Positions 20,779-31,124 of a stretch of 64,000 bases of DNA are shown piece after piece. Both the position numbers and the translations under genes were made by a program. Under the pieces are notes generated by a model. That model was given only the letters and a program-made list of their open reading frames with translations. It was not told where the DNA came from and did no database searches. How positions within the stretch are numbered: the first letter of the stretch is position 1; each line of letters begins with the position of its first letter. This DNA comes from Bdellovibrionales bacterium (GTDB taxonomy: Bacteria; Bdellovibrionota; Bdellovibrionia; Bdellovibrionales; JAUICD01): positions 2,400,001 to 2,464,000 of the forward strand of contig OZ253553.1 in NCBI GenBank assembly GCA_965262715.1. The letters are read 5' to 3'.

Positions 20779-22239
20779 TTAATCATTCTCATATTTAAAT
20801 GTGTTCATATCAATTTGGTATTTTTTTAACTTTGTATGAAAGGTACTTCTTGAAATGCCTAAAAAGTCAGAGGCTAAGAGTTGATTGCCATTGTATCTCA
20901 ATAGAGCTTCCCTTATAGCCACCTTTTCTAGTTCATCGAGGACAGATCTCTTCTTTTTACTAAGAGAAAAAGCTGAACAATAATTAGTTAATAACTTGGC
21001 TATCATGCTGTTTGTCTCCAACGTATTTGAAGGTTGAGAATGCATTGTATGTACTAAGCGAGGTAGATCTTCCATCATCACTCTCTCTTGACAGACGGCA
21101 GAGGCTCGAGCAATAAAGTTTCTCAATTCTCTGATATTACCAGGCCAATTGTATTCTTTTATTTTTTCAATAACAGGTCTAGAAAACCTCACCTCCATTT
21201 CTCTTGATAGATTGAATAAAAGAGCTTCAAAATCTTCCATTCTCTCCCTTAGAGCAGGAATTTTTATTTGTATTACATTTAGTCTAAATAAAAGATCAGA
21301 TCGGAATTCCTTTTTCTTAATAAGTGTATTAAGATTTTGATGAGTTGCTGCGATAATTCTTACATCTGTTTTTATGCTACGATCACTTCCAATTGGACGG
21401 ATTTCTTGATTTTCTAAAGCTCGCAAAAGTCTTGGTTGTAGGTGAACTGCAAGATCACCTATTTCATCTAAAAGAAGAGTCCCACAACGAGCGGCTTCAA
21501 AAGCTCCCTTTCGATCACATATTGCCCCAGTAAAGCTACCTTTGACATGACCAAATAATTCACTTTCAATTAAAGATTCTCCTAAAGAGCTGCAATTAAT
21601 AGTAATAAAAGGTTTTTCTCGACGAGAAGATTTATTGTGAATATATCTTGCAATAACCTCTTTTCCTACACCTGATTCCCCTAAGATTAAAATAGGAAAA
21701 TTTTTCTTAGCATACTGATGCAATGATTCTAATTCTTTATTCCATGTGTTATTTCTGGAGCGAAGATAGTTATGCTCATTTTGACTTGTAATAAGTGTGT
21801 GATTAGAAAAAGAAACAAGTAATTTTTGATTTCCTATTTTTAAACAATCATCTTCATTTAAATAAGCCTCAGTAACATGTACGCCATTTAAATAAGTTCC
21901 ATATGTGCTGTTGAGATCTTTAATTATAAAGTTTCTTTCTTTTTTCTGAATTTGCACATGGTATTTTGAAATACCAGAACAGGTTAATTGCACAGTATTT
22001 GAAGGACTATAGCCAATAGAGGCCTCATCTGTGATTTTAATAGGTTTTGCAGTCAAGTTATTCATTGGATATAGATAAAGAATGAGTGGATAAGGCTTTT
22101 CAATGATTGTATTATTATCATGTTTCTGTATTTGCATAGAAGTTCTCCAAAAAGTTAAGTTTACGATTTTTAGTGCAAGGGTTGAAAGAAATAGTACAAT
22201 GAGTGCTATAAATGCAATAAAATAAAAATAAGAAAGCAT
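20779..22239 (-). CDS. FHA-domain sigma-54-dependent transcriptional activator with Fis HTH (start uncertain)
   Basis: SKYH...DLNSTYGT FHA; GESGVGKE, ELFGH.KGSFTGA, LDEIG, WPGNIREL; HTH. Confidence 0.93.
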   Translation of the reverse strand: MLSYFYFIAFIALIVLFLSTLALKIVNLTFWRTSMQIQKHDNNTIIEKPYPLILYLYPMNNLTAKPIKITDEASIGYSPSNTVQLTCSGISKYHVQIQKKERNFIIKDLNSTYGTYLNGVHVTEAYLNEDDCLKIGNQKLLVSFSNHTLITSQNEHNYLRSRNNTWNKELESLHQYAKKNFPILILGESGVGKEVIARYIHNKSSRREKPFITINCSSLGESLIESELFGHVKGSFTGAICDRKGAFEAARCGTLLLDEIGDLAVHLQPRLLRALENQEIRPIGSDRSIKTDVRIIAATHQNLNTLIKKKEFRSDLLFRLNVIQIKIPALRERMEDFEALLFNLSREMEVRFSRPVIEKIKEYNWPGNIRELRNFIARASAVCQERVMMEDLPRLVHTMHSQPSNTLETNSMIAKLLTNYCSAFSLSKKKRSVLDELEKVAIREALLRYNGNQLLASDFLGISRSTFHTKLKKYQIDMNTFKYEND

Positions 22240-22483
22240 ATAAGAATTTCTAATGTATATACTTACTAGTGACTATTTGTATAGTATTTACAATAACTTA
22301 ATGACTATAAGTTTCCCACTGTGTTCTAAGTTTGATTTTAAATAAGATGAAAAAGCAGTGTAAGTGATATTGCGCTTAACAATAGAGCAATAAGCCATTT
22401 AAGTATTTTAAAGAAAATATTTGAACTCATCTTGAAAAATTACCTCCTCTGAAATTATATCTGATGAAAATATTTTGAGAACA

Positions 22484-23215
22484 TCATAGTGATAACTCAT
22501 CTCGTTTGCTCGTGACCATTCCTACAATAAGAATAGAAATTTCATAGAGTAGAATCAAGGGACCCATCATAAGGCACATACTGATCACATCAGGTGGTGT
22601 GATCAAGGCTGATAGTATAGCAAGTAAAATAATAGCATAACTTCTATTATCTACTAAAGTCTTTTTTTCCAATACACCTATAAGAGAAAGAAAAGTAAAA
22701 ATTAAAGGCAATTCAAAAGCTAAACCAAATATAATTGTAGTTGTTACAAAAAAAGAAAGATATTTGTCTATCGCAATAAGTGGTAGATCTTTTGAATTTC
22801 CAAAGTTCATTAAAAACTGAAAAGCCAATGGATAGACAACAAAGTAAACAAAGATGACTCCTATAAAAAACAAAAGGCTTCCCATGACAACAAATGTTAA
22901 TGTGTATTTCTTTTCTTTAGCATAGAGCCCAGGTGCTATGAATTCCCAGATGTGATAAAGCCAGTAGGGACAGGTAAAGATAACCCCTCCTAAAAAAGAT
23001 ATTTTTATATAGGCTAGAAATTTATCCATAATACCTGTATAAATTAGCCCTTTAGAATCTGTTGTTAGAAAAGGCTCTATAGGCCTACGTATCAACTCAA
23101 ATAAAAAATCACTATAAGCCCAACAGATGAGACAGCCTATTAATATTCCCAAGAAGCAGTAAATGAGTCTTTTTCTTAATTCAGTAAGATGACTAACCAG
23201 TGTATTTTGATTCAT
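22484..23215 (-). CDS. tatC: Twin-arginine translocase TatC
   Basis: HLTELRKRL, FIAPGLY, FELP, ITPPD, LYEISI. Confidence 0.96.
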   Translation of the reverse strand: MNQNTLVSHLTELRKRLIYCFLGILIGCLICWAYSDFLFELIRRPIEPFLTTDSKGLIYTGIMDKFLAYIKISFLGGVIFTCPYWLYHIWEFIAPGLYAKEKKYTLTFVVMGSLLFFIGVIFVYFVVYPLAFQFLMNFGNSKDLPLIAIDKYLSFFVTTTIIFGLAFELPLIFTFLSLIGVLEKKTLVDNRSYAIILLAILSALITPPDVISMCLMMGPLILLYEISILIVGMVTSKRDELSL

Positions 23216-23253
23216 TGTGATCTACTTTTTAAAAGTTAATCCGTTACATTTTG

Positions 23254-23541
23254 TTATGTATGAGGTGTTGTTTTATCATTTTCTACTGGTGCAAGATCAG
23301 ACTTATCAGACTTAGCTGGAATCGTTGAGGGTTTAGAAATCTGCTTTATAGGATGCTCATAAACTGTGTCTGTAGGTTGTTTTGTAAAACTTTCTGTTGT
23401 TATAGAGTCAATTATACGTTTTAACTCATTAATGAACCCTCCTATAACTTGGGTCATTTTAGGTAGTTTTTCTGGTCCAATTAAAAAAAGAGCTATTATG
23501 GCAAGCAAAAGCCATTCTGTAAGACCAATATGAAACATCAT
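23254..23541 (-). CDS. tatB: Twin-arginine translocase TatB
   Basis: MFHIGLTEW...IGPEKLP; directly upstream of tatC. Confidence 0.85.
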   Translation of the reverse strand: MMFHIGLTEWLLLAIIALFLIGPEKLPKMTQVIGGFINELKRIIDSITTESFTKQPTDTVYEHPIKQISKPSTIPAKSDKSDLAPVENDKTTPHT

Positions 23542-23584
23542 TAATCACCTCTATCTCTAGTGATGACATATAACTTAAATAGTC

Positions 23585-23947
23585 TTAAGTAAAATCATTT
23601 TTTTCCATAATAAGATTTTTTTCCATTTTCCTTTTTTTTAAGGAAGGAGTGGATTCCCCTTGATATGCGAATAGAACCTTATCTTCACAAGCCTGAACAC
23701 AAGCATTGCAATAGATGCATTTAGAAAAATCAATGTGAAATTTATATATTTCTTCCTTAGAAGATGGATTTGCTTGATGTAGTGTTTCCTGGTGTATTAA
23801 TTTAGGATATGTGATGAGATTGATAGCTTTTACTGGACAAGCTTTTTCACACTTTAGACATGATGTGCATTCGTTCTTTTTTAAACCGTATAAGAAAGAA
23901 CGTTTTCTAGGTAATTTTCTTAAAAAGAGTTTATGTTTAAATTTCAT
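23585..23947 (-). CDS. 2x[4Fe-4S] ferredoxin, NuoI-like
   Basis: CTSCLKCEKACP and IDFSKCIYCNACVQAC. Confidence 0.8.
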   Translation of the reverse strand: MKFKHKLFLRKLPRKRSFLYGLKKNECTSCLKCEKACPVKAINLITYPKLIHQETLHQANPSSKEEIYKFHIDFSKCIYCNACVQACEDKVLFAYQGESTPSLKKRKMEKNLIMEKNDFT

Positions 23948-23973
23948 TCATTTTATCCTTTATGCTATACAAA

Positions 23974-25239
23974 CTATATAAGATGGCTCTCACATTCTTG
24001 ATAACCTAGTGAAGACAAAGCTAATTCTTTATCTTGATTATCTATATCTGATAAAAGAGATGGAAGACAAAAGTGTCCCCTCATACTTGAAGTGGTGATA
24101 GCTATTTGCTCATCCATAACAGCTGCATAAATAGGACCACTAGCTCCTTCAACAACAAAAATCGTTTCTTTAGGATCAATCATTTGATTCTTAGATATAC
24201 GAGCTATAAGAGGTGATGTTTTCAGCTCTGATAAATCAGAAAGAAGAGAGAGAGAATGTTGCAAAGAGCAAAAAGTTTCATCAGAAACAGAGATCAATCT
24301 ATCTAAAGAACTTCCTATAGGTAATTTGCGAGATGGTATAAAAGCAGGAGCGTACTGCTCTAATCCATAAGGTGCAAATAGGCGAGCATCCCACCAGCTT
24401 TGTGAAGCCTTACCAATTACACCTCCCCATGAAGATAATTCTAAGTCATCTCTATCAATATAAAAAAAGTTTTTTAGTGAGCGATTTGTCTTTCGAACAA
24501 ATCGCTTAATATCTAAACCTAATTTTTGTGAAATTTCTAAGAGATATTTTTGTGTGCTCTTTTGATTTCCTACATTGATATCTTTGTTAACTCCTCCAAT
24601 TACAATTATATTTGGGAAAATACGGGAACCTGATATAAATTCTTGTATTTGAAAAAAACACTCCCGATAATTTAACCACAGGTCTTGCCAAGATTTCAGA
24701 TGGAGTTTTTGAGATATACTTCTGAGATATTCCAACTCCCAGAGAATTCTTTGAATTTCACAAATAAAAGTACGTATTATAATAGCCTTCTTAGGAACCT
24801 GTATTTTCCAAGCTTTTTCATACGCTCCTGCTAAAGCCCACTGAAGACAACCACCTTCTAATGGATTTATTTTGCTGACATAATGTAATTTTAGATCTGG
24901 AGATAAAGATTGAATTTTTTGAAAAAAAGGCACTTGATAAAGCGCATTTGTTTCTGGTTCTTTTTCTATTAAAGACAGCCTCAGTTTTTGAGAGAACACT
25001 TCTGGATCTGAGCTTTGAACTAAGATGTGAAACTCTAAAAAAGGACGAAGAAACTTAAAGCATATAAAGGCACCTTTAGATGTAGAAAGAATGATAAGAG
25101 GTTGACATATCTTCATCTTTTTTAATTCAGGCAGGTATTCCCAAAAATACTCCTCTTCCACCAATAAGGTAGATTCATACAGCAATTTTGACCGTGTAAA
25201 AAGCTTTTGAAATACTATTGAATGAAAATCAGTGAACAT
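23974..25239 (-). CDS. Divergent NuoD / hydrogenase large-subunit-like protein
   Basis: VPKKA..IR...EIQRI, RE, GSRI, IGGV..D, VEGASG resemble the NuoD fold; no CxxC Ni ligands. Confidence 0.6.
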   Translation of the reverse strand: MFTDFHSIVFQKLFTRSKLLYESTLLVEEEYFWEYLPELKKMKICQPLIILSTSKGAFICFKFLRPFLEFHILVQSSDPEVFSQKLRLSLIEKEPETNALYQVPFFQKIQSLSPDLKLHYVSKINPLEGGCLQWALAGAYEKAWKIQVPKKAIIIRTFICEIQRILWELEYLRSISQKLHLKSWQDLWLNYRECFFQIQEFISGSRIFPNIIVIGGVNKDINVGNQKSTQKYLLEISQKLGLDIKRFVRKTNRSLKNFFYIDRDDLELSSWGGVIGKASQSWWDARLFAPYGLEQYAPAFIPSRKLPIGSSLDRLISVSDETFCSLQHSLSLLSDLSELKTSPLIARISKNQMIDPKETIFVVEGASGPIYAAVMDEQIAITTSSMRGHFCLPSLLSDIDNQDKELALSSLGYQECESHLI

Positions 25240-25663
25240 TTAAAAATCTTCCTTTACTTTGACCCTTATCTTCAACAGCTAATTTGATTCCGGAAATAAT
25301 TTGCTCTGGTGAAGGCGGGCAACCTGGTACAAAAGTTGATACAGGTAGAATTTGGTCAATTGAAAATCTTTGTTGTGCACCTGTATGATAAACAGATCCA
25401 GATATTTGACAAGTGCCAATGGCAATAACTTTTTTATCTGCTTTCAATTGTTCATAAACTCGTTTGATATGTGTCTGCAATGCTAAGTTAAGCCAGCCAG
25501 AAACAATTAAAACACTTGCTTTAGAAGGTGGGCTTGAAATTAAGTTCCATGGTTTTATATGATCATACATAGAACTAAAGATATTTTCTAGTTCTAAACG
25601 GCAACAGCCATAAGCTTCAATACAAACATAAATTGTTTTAAACAAAAAAACACCTACTATCAC
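25229..25663 (-). CDS. NuoB / hydrogenase small-subunit-like Fe-S protein
   Basis: GCCRLE, VIAIGTC..SG, FVPGCPPSP. Confidence 0.78.
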   Translation of the reverse strand: MIVGVFLFKTIYVCIEAYGCCRLELENIFSSMYDHIKPWNLISSPPSKASVLIVSGWLNLALQTHIKRVYEQLKADKKVIAIGTCQISGSVYHTGAQQRFSIDQILPVSTFVPGCPPSPEQIISGIKLAVEDKGQSKGRFLNVH

Positions 25664-25950
25664 TTATTAAGTGTATAGATTATTTTATACTTTAGTATAT
25701 ATTTAAAGGATACATATCCTCAACTAGATAAGCAATTTTCAAAATATAACATGGTTATGTATTCCTCTACAAAAGTCTGTAAGCAATAGCTTCATATAAC
25801 CTATGAAATATGACATCCCTAAGTTTATTTTTGTTTTTTGATTTGACTTTATGTAATTCCCACGCAAAATGTTTGCGCCGCTTCTAACATAAATAGCTTT
25901 TTGGTCTTTTAATTTATCTTTTCAATTCAAGCTTTTGCGCTCAACTTCAC

Positions 25951-26104
25951 AAACTAATGCTATCACTTTAACTGCTATCAGAGAGGAGACACTATTTCCC
26001 TCTCGATGCCTCTTTCAGCTTCTTGAAAAGCTAATACTTTTCAAGAAGTTCAGGCATCTCGTGGAGATCGGCATCGAATCTCATGGCCAATAAGCATCAA
26101 CTTT
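25951..26104 (-). ncRNA. Candidate structured ncRNA, possibly 6S RNA
   Basis: Paired ends (AAGUUGAUGC/GCAUUAGUUU), long central hairpin with a perfect 12-bp stem, two side hairpins; sigma70-like promoter just upstream. Confidence 0.45.
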
Positions 26105-26109
26105 ATCTA

Positions 26110-26137
26110 TTTATAGGGTAAAATGAACTGTTTACAA
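26110..26137 (-). promoter_or_regulatory. Putative sigma70 promoter TTGTAA-16-TATAAA for the candidate ncRNA
   Basis: Motif match read by eye. Confidence 0.4.
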
Positions 26138-26148
26138 TCTATCTTAAT

Positions 26149-26781
26149 CTATAAGAGAGCTGCATCGTAGTTTTTCCAATGGACTATTTTTTGAGTTAGG
26201 CTATTTCCTTTGTAAGAAGGCTCATTTCCAGTCAATGACTCTAATGCCATAACAGAAGCCTTTCTCACACGTTGATCTGCATCATCTAATAACTTAAGAA
26301 ACTTAGGCGCATCTACAGGAGAACTTAATGTTGCTAAAGTTGTGACAATATGGTGACGAATCCACAGGCTTTCTCCTCTTTTAAAATTAATTTTATTATT
26401 TAGTTCTCTCCACAAGAGATCTCTATCTGCAATCTGACCTCGTTTTTGAAAAACAAGTACCACAGTGGTTCTAACCACAAGAGCAGGATCATGAATCATA
26501 CGTCTTGCCCAAGTTAAAGCTGTCTCAGGTGCAATCTGATTCATTGCTATGATTCCAGCATTTCTCATAAACCAATCTTTACTTCTCACAGCTTTTTCTA
26601 AATGAATAAGAGACTTTTCTTCTTGTGTAACAGCAAGTGCCATTAGAGCGCGCCATCTTGTTTTAACCGTTAGATCTTTGTTAAAGGCTATAGACGCTAA
26701 ATCTCCATTATTTGGAATGCTTGCAAAGCTTTTTAAAGTTGCAAAAAAAAGTAAAGAAATGATTAAAAAGTATAACTTCAT
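26149..26781 (-). CDS. HEAT-repeat exported protein
   Basis: Signal peptide; repeats such as DWFMRNAG, DPALVVR, DADQRVRKAS. Confidence 0.75.
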   Translation of the reverse strand: MKLYFLIISLLFFATLKSFASIPNNGDLASIAFNKDLTVKTRWRALMALAVTQEEKSLIHLEKAVRSKDWFMRNAGIIAMNQIAPETALTWARRMIHDPALVVRTTVVLVFQKRGQIADRDLLWRELNNKINFKRGESLWIRHHIVTTLATLSSPVDAPKFLKLLDDADQRVRKASVMALESLTGNEPSYKGNSLTQKIVHWKNYDAALL

Positions 26782-26953
26782 ATTGATACCCTTTTTAAAA
26801 CCTATTGAGCTATTGAGATTTTATTAAGAGAATTGTATTTTTAGTTTGGTCAAAAAGAAAATAAAGGTCAATTACAGTCATTGTTTGTAAGGTGTTTAGT
26901 AAGGGTAATTTGGCCTTTTGTCATAGAAAGATTTTGAGATGTCTTCTAAAGTT

Positions 26954-27733
26954 TTACAAAGATAAAATTTTATCTGCTATTTCAAGGAAAGCTTGCCCTT
27001 CAGGGCTTTCAGGTTTTGTATAAAACAAAGGAAGCCCTGCTTCACTCCCCATAGCAACTGAGGTATGAAAAGGTATTTTTGCAAGAAGAGGAATTTTGTT
27101 TTCAGTCAGATAAGATTTAAGGTTGCCTTTTGGAAAAAGATCTATTTGACCTTGTTCTGATCGTAGATAAGACATATTTTCTACAGCTCCAACGATAGGA
27201 ACATTCACTGTTTTAAACATATCGATAGACTTAATCACATCCGATAAAGCTATATTTTGGGGTGTTGTTACAACAATAGCTCCTGTGATAGGAATTTTTT
27301 GCGCAAGAGTGAGCTGTACATCCCCTGTTCCAGGAGGCAAATCAATAAGAAGAACATCCAATTGGTCCCATTTCACATCCTTCAAAAATTGATTTATCGC
27401 CTTAAATAATATCGGCCCACGCCAAATGACAGCAGATCCCTCTGGCACCATAAAGCCTATACTCATCAATTTAATACCATATTTTTCTAAAGGAAGGATT
27501 TTATTATCTGGTGTAATAGAAAGTTTTTGGTTGAGAAGACCAAACATACGAGGGATACTAGGACCATAAATATCACAATCTAACAGCCCTACACTTTGAC
27601 CTTGCTTAGACAGCGCAAGAGCTAAATTGCTGGACACTGTGCTTTTCCCTACACCCCCCTTACCAGAGGCTACAACAAAAATATTGTCTATATTTGGAAT
27701 AGGAGCTTGTTGCTGAAAGGGGTTTTGACTCAT
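26954..27733 (-). CDS. mrp: Mrp/ApbC (NBP35) Fe-S carrier ATPase
   Basis: SGKGGVGKST, DIYGPS, WRGP, DLPPGTGD, VTTPQ, ENMS. Confidence 0.93.
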   Translation of the reverse strand: MSQNPFQQQAPIPNIDNIFVVASGKGGVGKSTVSSNLALALSKQGQSVGLLDCDIYGPSIPRMFGLLNQKLSITPDNKILPLEKYGIKLMSIGFMVPEGSAVIWRGPILFKAINQFLKDVKWDQLDVLLIDLPPGTGDVQLTLAQKIPITGAIVVTTPQNIALSDVIKSIDMFKTVNVPIVGAVENMSYLRSEQGQIDLFPKGNLKSYLTENKIPLLAKIPFHTSVAMGSEAGLPLFYTKPESPEGQAFLEIADKILSL

Positions 27734-27893
27734 AGTATGAACTTTCTACAATTAATTCTTCCCTCTGTCCATTATTCTTTTAAAAACTTTTCCCTTATTT
27801 AATAAATGTACATTTTTGAGATAAATCAAAAAGAAGATATACTCTTATATCTTGAAATGATTATGACGATAAGGAGAAGAGAGGAATACAGTT

Positions 27894-28256
27894 ATGAGTC
27901 ACTTTTTTACTGGAATGAGTTCTTTTGTTTTTATCAATATTGTAGTGGTTATTGTATTTCTTTTGTATTTCTTCGGTGGCAGATCATCTCCTAAGCCTTC
28001 TAAATTAAACCTCTCAGCTAAAAAGAAATTAGACTCATCTTCTCACAAAAACCCTGAGAATATGCGGTCTTTAACTATTCATTTTCAATATAATGGAGAA
28101 ACCAAGGAAGCATATAGCACTCTAGGTTTACCAGCAGGAGCCTCTCTAGAGATGGCTGAAGCTGCTTATCAAAAAATTATTGCAGAAAACACTCAAGTAG
28201 ACAACCTATGCCTTGATGCCATTGAAGCTATTAGAAAAGTCTCTCAAGCTGCTTAA
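27894..28256 (+). CDS. Membrane-anchored hypothetical protein with J-domain-like C-terminus
   Basis: N-terminal TM; AYSTLGLPAGAS...AY resembles J-domain helices I-II but lacks HPD. Confidence 0.5.
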   Translation: MSHFFTGMSSFVFINIVVVIVFLLYFFGGRSSPKPSKLNLSAKKKLDSSSHKNPENMRSLTIHFQYNGETKEAYSTLGLPAGASLEMAEAAYQKIIAENTQVDNLCLDAIEAIRKVSQAA

Positions 28257-28270
28257 TTAGTCCTATAGAC

Positions 28271-29785
28271 TCACTTTAAAAAAGAGATAGCTTTTAGAGC
28301 ACGTTTTTTAAGAGATGAAACTTTTAATAGAGGAACAAACAATTTAAGTTCTACGCCATGAGGTTTGCCTAAAATAGCAACCCTTAAAGGCATAAATAGA
28401 TGTTTACCTTTCACAGAGCATTCTTTTTGAATTTCTTTTTGTAGAGAAATAAATTGCTCCTGACTTATAAATTCTTCTTTAAAATGTTCTAATTTACTTT
28501 GCCATGCAAAAGTCACAACTTTAGCCTCTGGCCATTTTAAAGTTTCAATTCCTTCATCTTTAATTTCAAAATGTGAATCAATAAGCAGTTTATATAAAGT
28601 AGGAGCATCTGCTAATGTTTTCATATAAGTTTTTAACACTTCTAATGAACGATCTTTCCATTGTGTATCTTCTTGTATATGAATATTTTCATCCTCTAAA
28701 AAAGGAGTGATTCTTTGCCAAAGTTCTTTGTGAGGTAAAGACCTTAAGTGATGAGTATTGATAGAAATCAGTTTTTCCTCATCAAAGATGGCAGGAGCGA
28801 CATTTAATCCATCTAAAGTAAATTTCTCGATAAGTTCTTTTACAGTGAAAAGCTCTTGATTATCTTTAGAACTCCAACCTAATAAGGACAGATAATTGAT
28901 CATTGCTTCTGGTAAAAATCCTTTTTCTTTATATTGCTGGCAGGAAGTAGCTCCAAAGCGTTTACTAAGCTTTTTACCATCTGGTCCTAAAATTAAAGAC
29001 AGATGAACAAATTGAGGTATTTTCCAATTAAAAGCTTCATAAAGCATCATTTGTTTTAATGTGTTATTTAAATGTTCATTTGATCTAAATACATGTGTTA
29101 TTTCCATAAGATGGTCGTCAATCACACAGCAAAAATTATAAACTGGCATATTATCAGATCTTAAAATCACAAAATCTCCTATTATGTTAGAAGAAAATTG
29201 AACATCACTCCTAAGTAAATCTGGCACAGAATATGTTTTAGACTCTGGCACTTTAAAGCGGATAGCAGCAGATTCACCTAAAGCTATTTTAGCTTTTGCA
29301 TCTTCTAGAGAAAATTTATAGCATGTACCATCATAATGAGGGGGCATTTTCTTGGCCATAGCAAGTTGCTTTTTTTCAGCAAGTGCCTCTTCACTACAAA
29401 AACAATAGAAGGCCTGTCCTTTTTCTAATAATTGATCTGCATATTTTTGATAAGTGTCTATGTTTTGGCTTTGACGATAAAGATGATGAACTTTTTGTTC
29501 TTTTTGACCTTCTTTATTGTCTATCTTGTTATCAAAGTTTTCCCAATTCAACCCCAACCATTTAAGACTTTCCAGTTGGCTTTGCAAAAAGTCTTCTGTG
29601 GATCGCTCTTGATCTGTATCTTCTATTCTTAATAAAAAATGCCCTGATGTATGATGTGCATAAAGCCAATTAAAAAGAGCTGTCCTTGCTCCTCCCACAT
29701 GCAAGTAGCCTGTTGGACTTGGGGCAAACCGCAGCCTAACTTTGGATTGAGAGTCCCGGCTATTCATAGAAGTACCTTTTTGCAA
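28271..29785 (-). CDS. gltX: Glutamate--tRNA ligase
   Basis: RFAPSPTGYLHVGG, LRIEDTD, KKLSKR motifs. Confidence 0.97.
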   Translation of the reverse strand: MQKGTSMNSRDSQSKVRLRFAPSPTGYLHVGGARTALFNWLYAHHTSGHFLLRIEDTDQERSTEDFLQSQLESLKWLGLNWENFDNKIDNKEGQKEQKVHHLYRQSQNIDTYQKYADQLLEKGQAFYCFCSEEALAEKKQLAMAKKMPPHYDGTCYKFSLEDAKAKIALGESAAIRFKVPESKTYSVPDLLRSDVQFSSNIIGDFVILRSDNMPVYNFCCVIDDHLMEITHVFRSNEHLNNTLKQMMLYEAFNWKIPQFVHLSLILGPDGKKLSKRFGATSCQQYKEKGFLPEAMINYLSLLGWSSKDNQELFTVKELIEKFTLDGLNVAPAIFDEEKLISINTHHLRSLPHKELWQRITPFLEDENIHIQEDTQWKDRSLEVLKTYMKTLADAPTLYKLLIDSHFEIKDEGIETLKWPEAKVVTFAWQSKLEHFKEEFISQEQFISLQKEIQKECSVKGKHLFMPLRVAILGKPHGVELKLFVPLLKVSSLKKRALKAISFLK

Positions 29786-29858
29786 TTGCTGTTTTTAGAT
29801 TCCATTATTTTTTATGTATGCTCTTATTATATGCTCTGTAAAAAAATCACACAAGGTA

Positions 29859-30796
29859 TCAATCATTATTTTGTTTGAAAGATTTACTAAATGCTTTTGA
29901 TAACTCTTCCATTTCTTCTAAGCCTCTATCAGGTATACCCATAGACTTATTAGCCCAATCGTACTTTTCAATAATAGGTTTTATTAGATTGATTACTTTA
30001 TCTTTCCAATTATCATTTTTTTCAATCTTTTTTAGTAAATAATATAAGATTAGTAATATGTAAAATATGTGATCATTTGGTATATCTGGTTTTTTATATT
30101 CTGAAGGTTTAATTGTTAATTTTTTATTCCAAAGTCGACTGTGATGAGCACAAATATTTCGTATGTATGTCAATACACGTAACCATTTTTCCAATGTTAG
30201 GTAATTTAGTTTAAAATGTTTAGAGATTTCCTTTTTATCTTCTTTTTTTAGATATTTATAGAAATGCGATAGCTGACCAAAACTTATGATTTCTGTGAGC
30301 ATCCAGATTGGTATGGTAGGAAAATCTTTATATTGGTTTTTATAATTTCTAATGGATTCATGTGATTGTGATGAACGCTCAGTATCTTTATGAATTTTTA
30401 CTAACCACTCATGATGTTCATCTTTTTTCTCTTTTTGAAAAAACTCATACTCTTCATGTGCAAATATACCATATTTGTGCGCTATGTGGTAAGTTAGCTG
30501 AGTACGAATTGCAACCTCCACCCATTCATAGCATCCATGACTAATAAGCGAAGTTCTCTATCAAATTCATATAATTCACATACGTTATTAAATGTTGTTT
30601 CAGGTTTTAGTTGTTCATTATTTCCTTTAGACTTAAATGGAATTAAATAAGCTTTGAATCTTTCATAACTAATAGAAGATAAAGTTCTGAAAGCATCTTG
30701 TTTATTGTGAATTATTAAGCCCTTTTTTTCAAGCAGATTAAGTTGCTGATCAAAAGTTAAAGTTAAGGGAGGTTTTTGATAACTAGAAATAGACAA
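29859..30796 (-). pseudogene. AbiF/AbiD-like (Abi_2) HEPN protein split by a frameshift near 30525
   Basis: N-part (QL..L..KGL, ISYERF, LYEFDRELR) and C-part (EVAIR, PIW, SFGQLS, RNICAHHSRLWN); one extra T restores DAIEWVEVAIR. Confidence 0.88.
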
Positions 30797-30834
30797 GTTA
30801 TAACCCTTCCTTATACATTAATTAAATAATAAAT

Positions 30835-30900
30835 ATAAAAAAATCCGCCAGTTACGCTATTGTCAAAAGACAAGGAAGCGCGGCGGATGTTGTTAATTTC
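30835..30900 (-). ncRNA. Structured RNA upstream of the abiF-like gene (candidate RNA antitoxin / abiF-type motif)
   Basis: Nested stems AUCCGCC/GGCGGAU, GCGCU/AGCGU, UUGUC/GACAA followed by a U-tract; promoter upstream. Confidence 0.6.
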
Positions 30901-30902
30901 AC

Positions 30903-30929
30903 ATTATACCAAGATGACCTTATTGTCAA
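30903..30929 (-). promoter_or_regulatory. sigma70 promoter TTGACA-15-TATAAT with extended -10 (TGn)
   Basis: Both consensus hexamers present; spacer shorter than optimal. Confidence 0.6.
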
Positions 30930-31124
30930 TATATTAAATTGATACATAAAATCCAACGAATTACCTCAGAATATGTGTTACCGAAGCTTGGTAATGTTAT
31001 TTTGATTTTCGGATTGGTTGCCTCACAATCCCTCTCTTATTTATCATTAAAAAAAGTCAAAAGTTTCAATGAATTTATAAGTATTTCTTAACACAATCTT
31101 TTTTTCTATGAAAATAAAGTTATA

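Noticed and set aside
21520..21545. GSFTGA instead of GAFTGA in the sigma54 activator
   Set aside because: A common functional variant
25975..26020. SAM-I riboswitch or hammerhead ribozyme
   Set aside because: Only superficial ATCAGAGAGG similarity; conserved cores are absent
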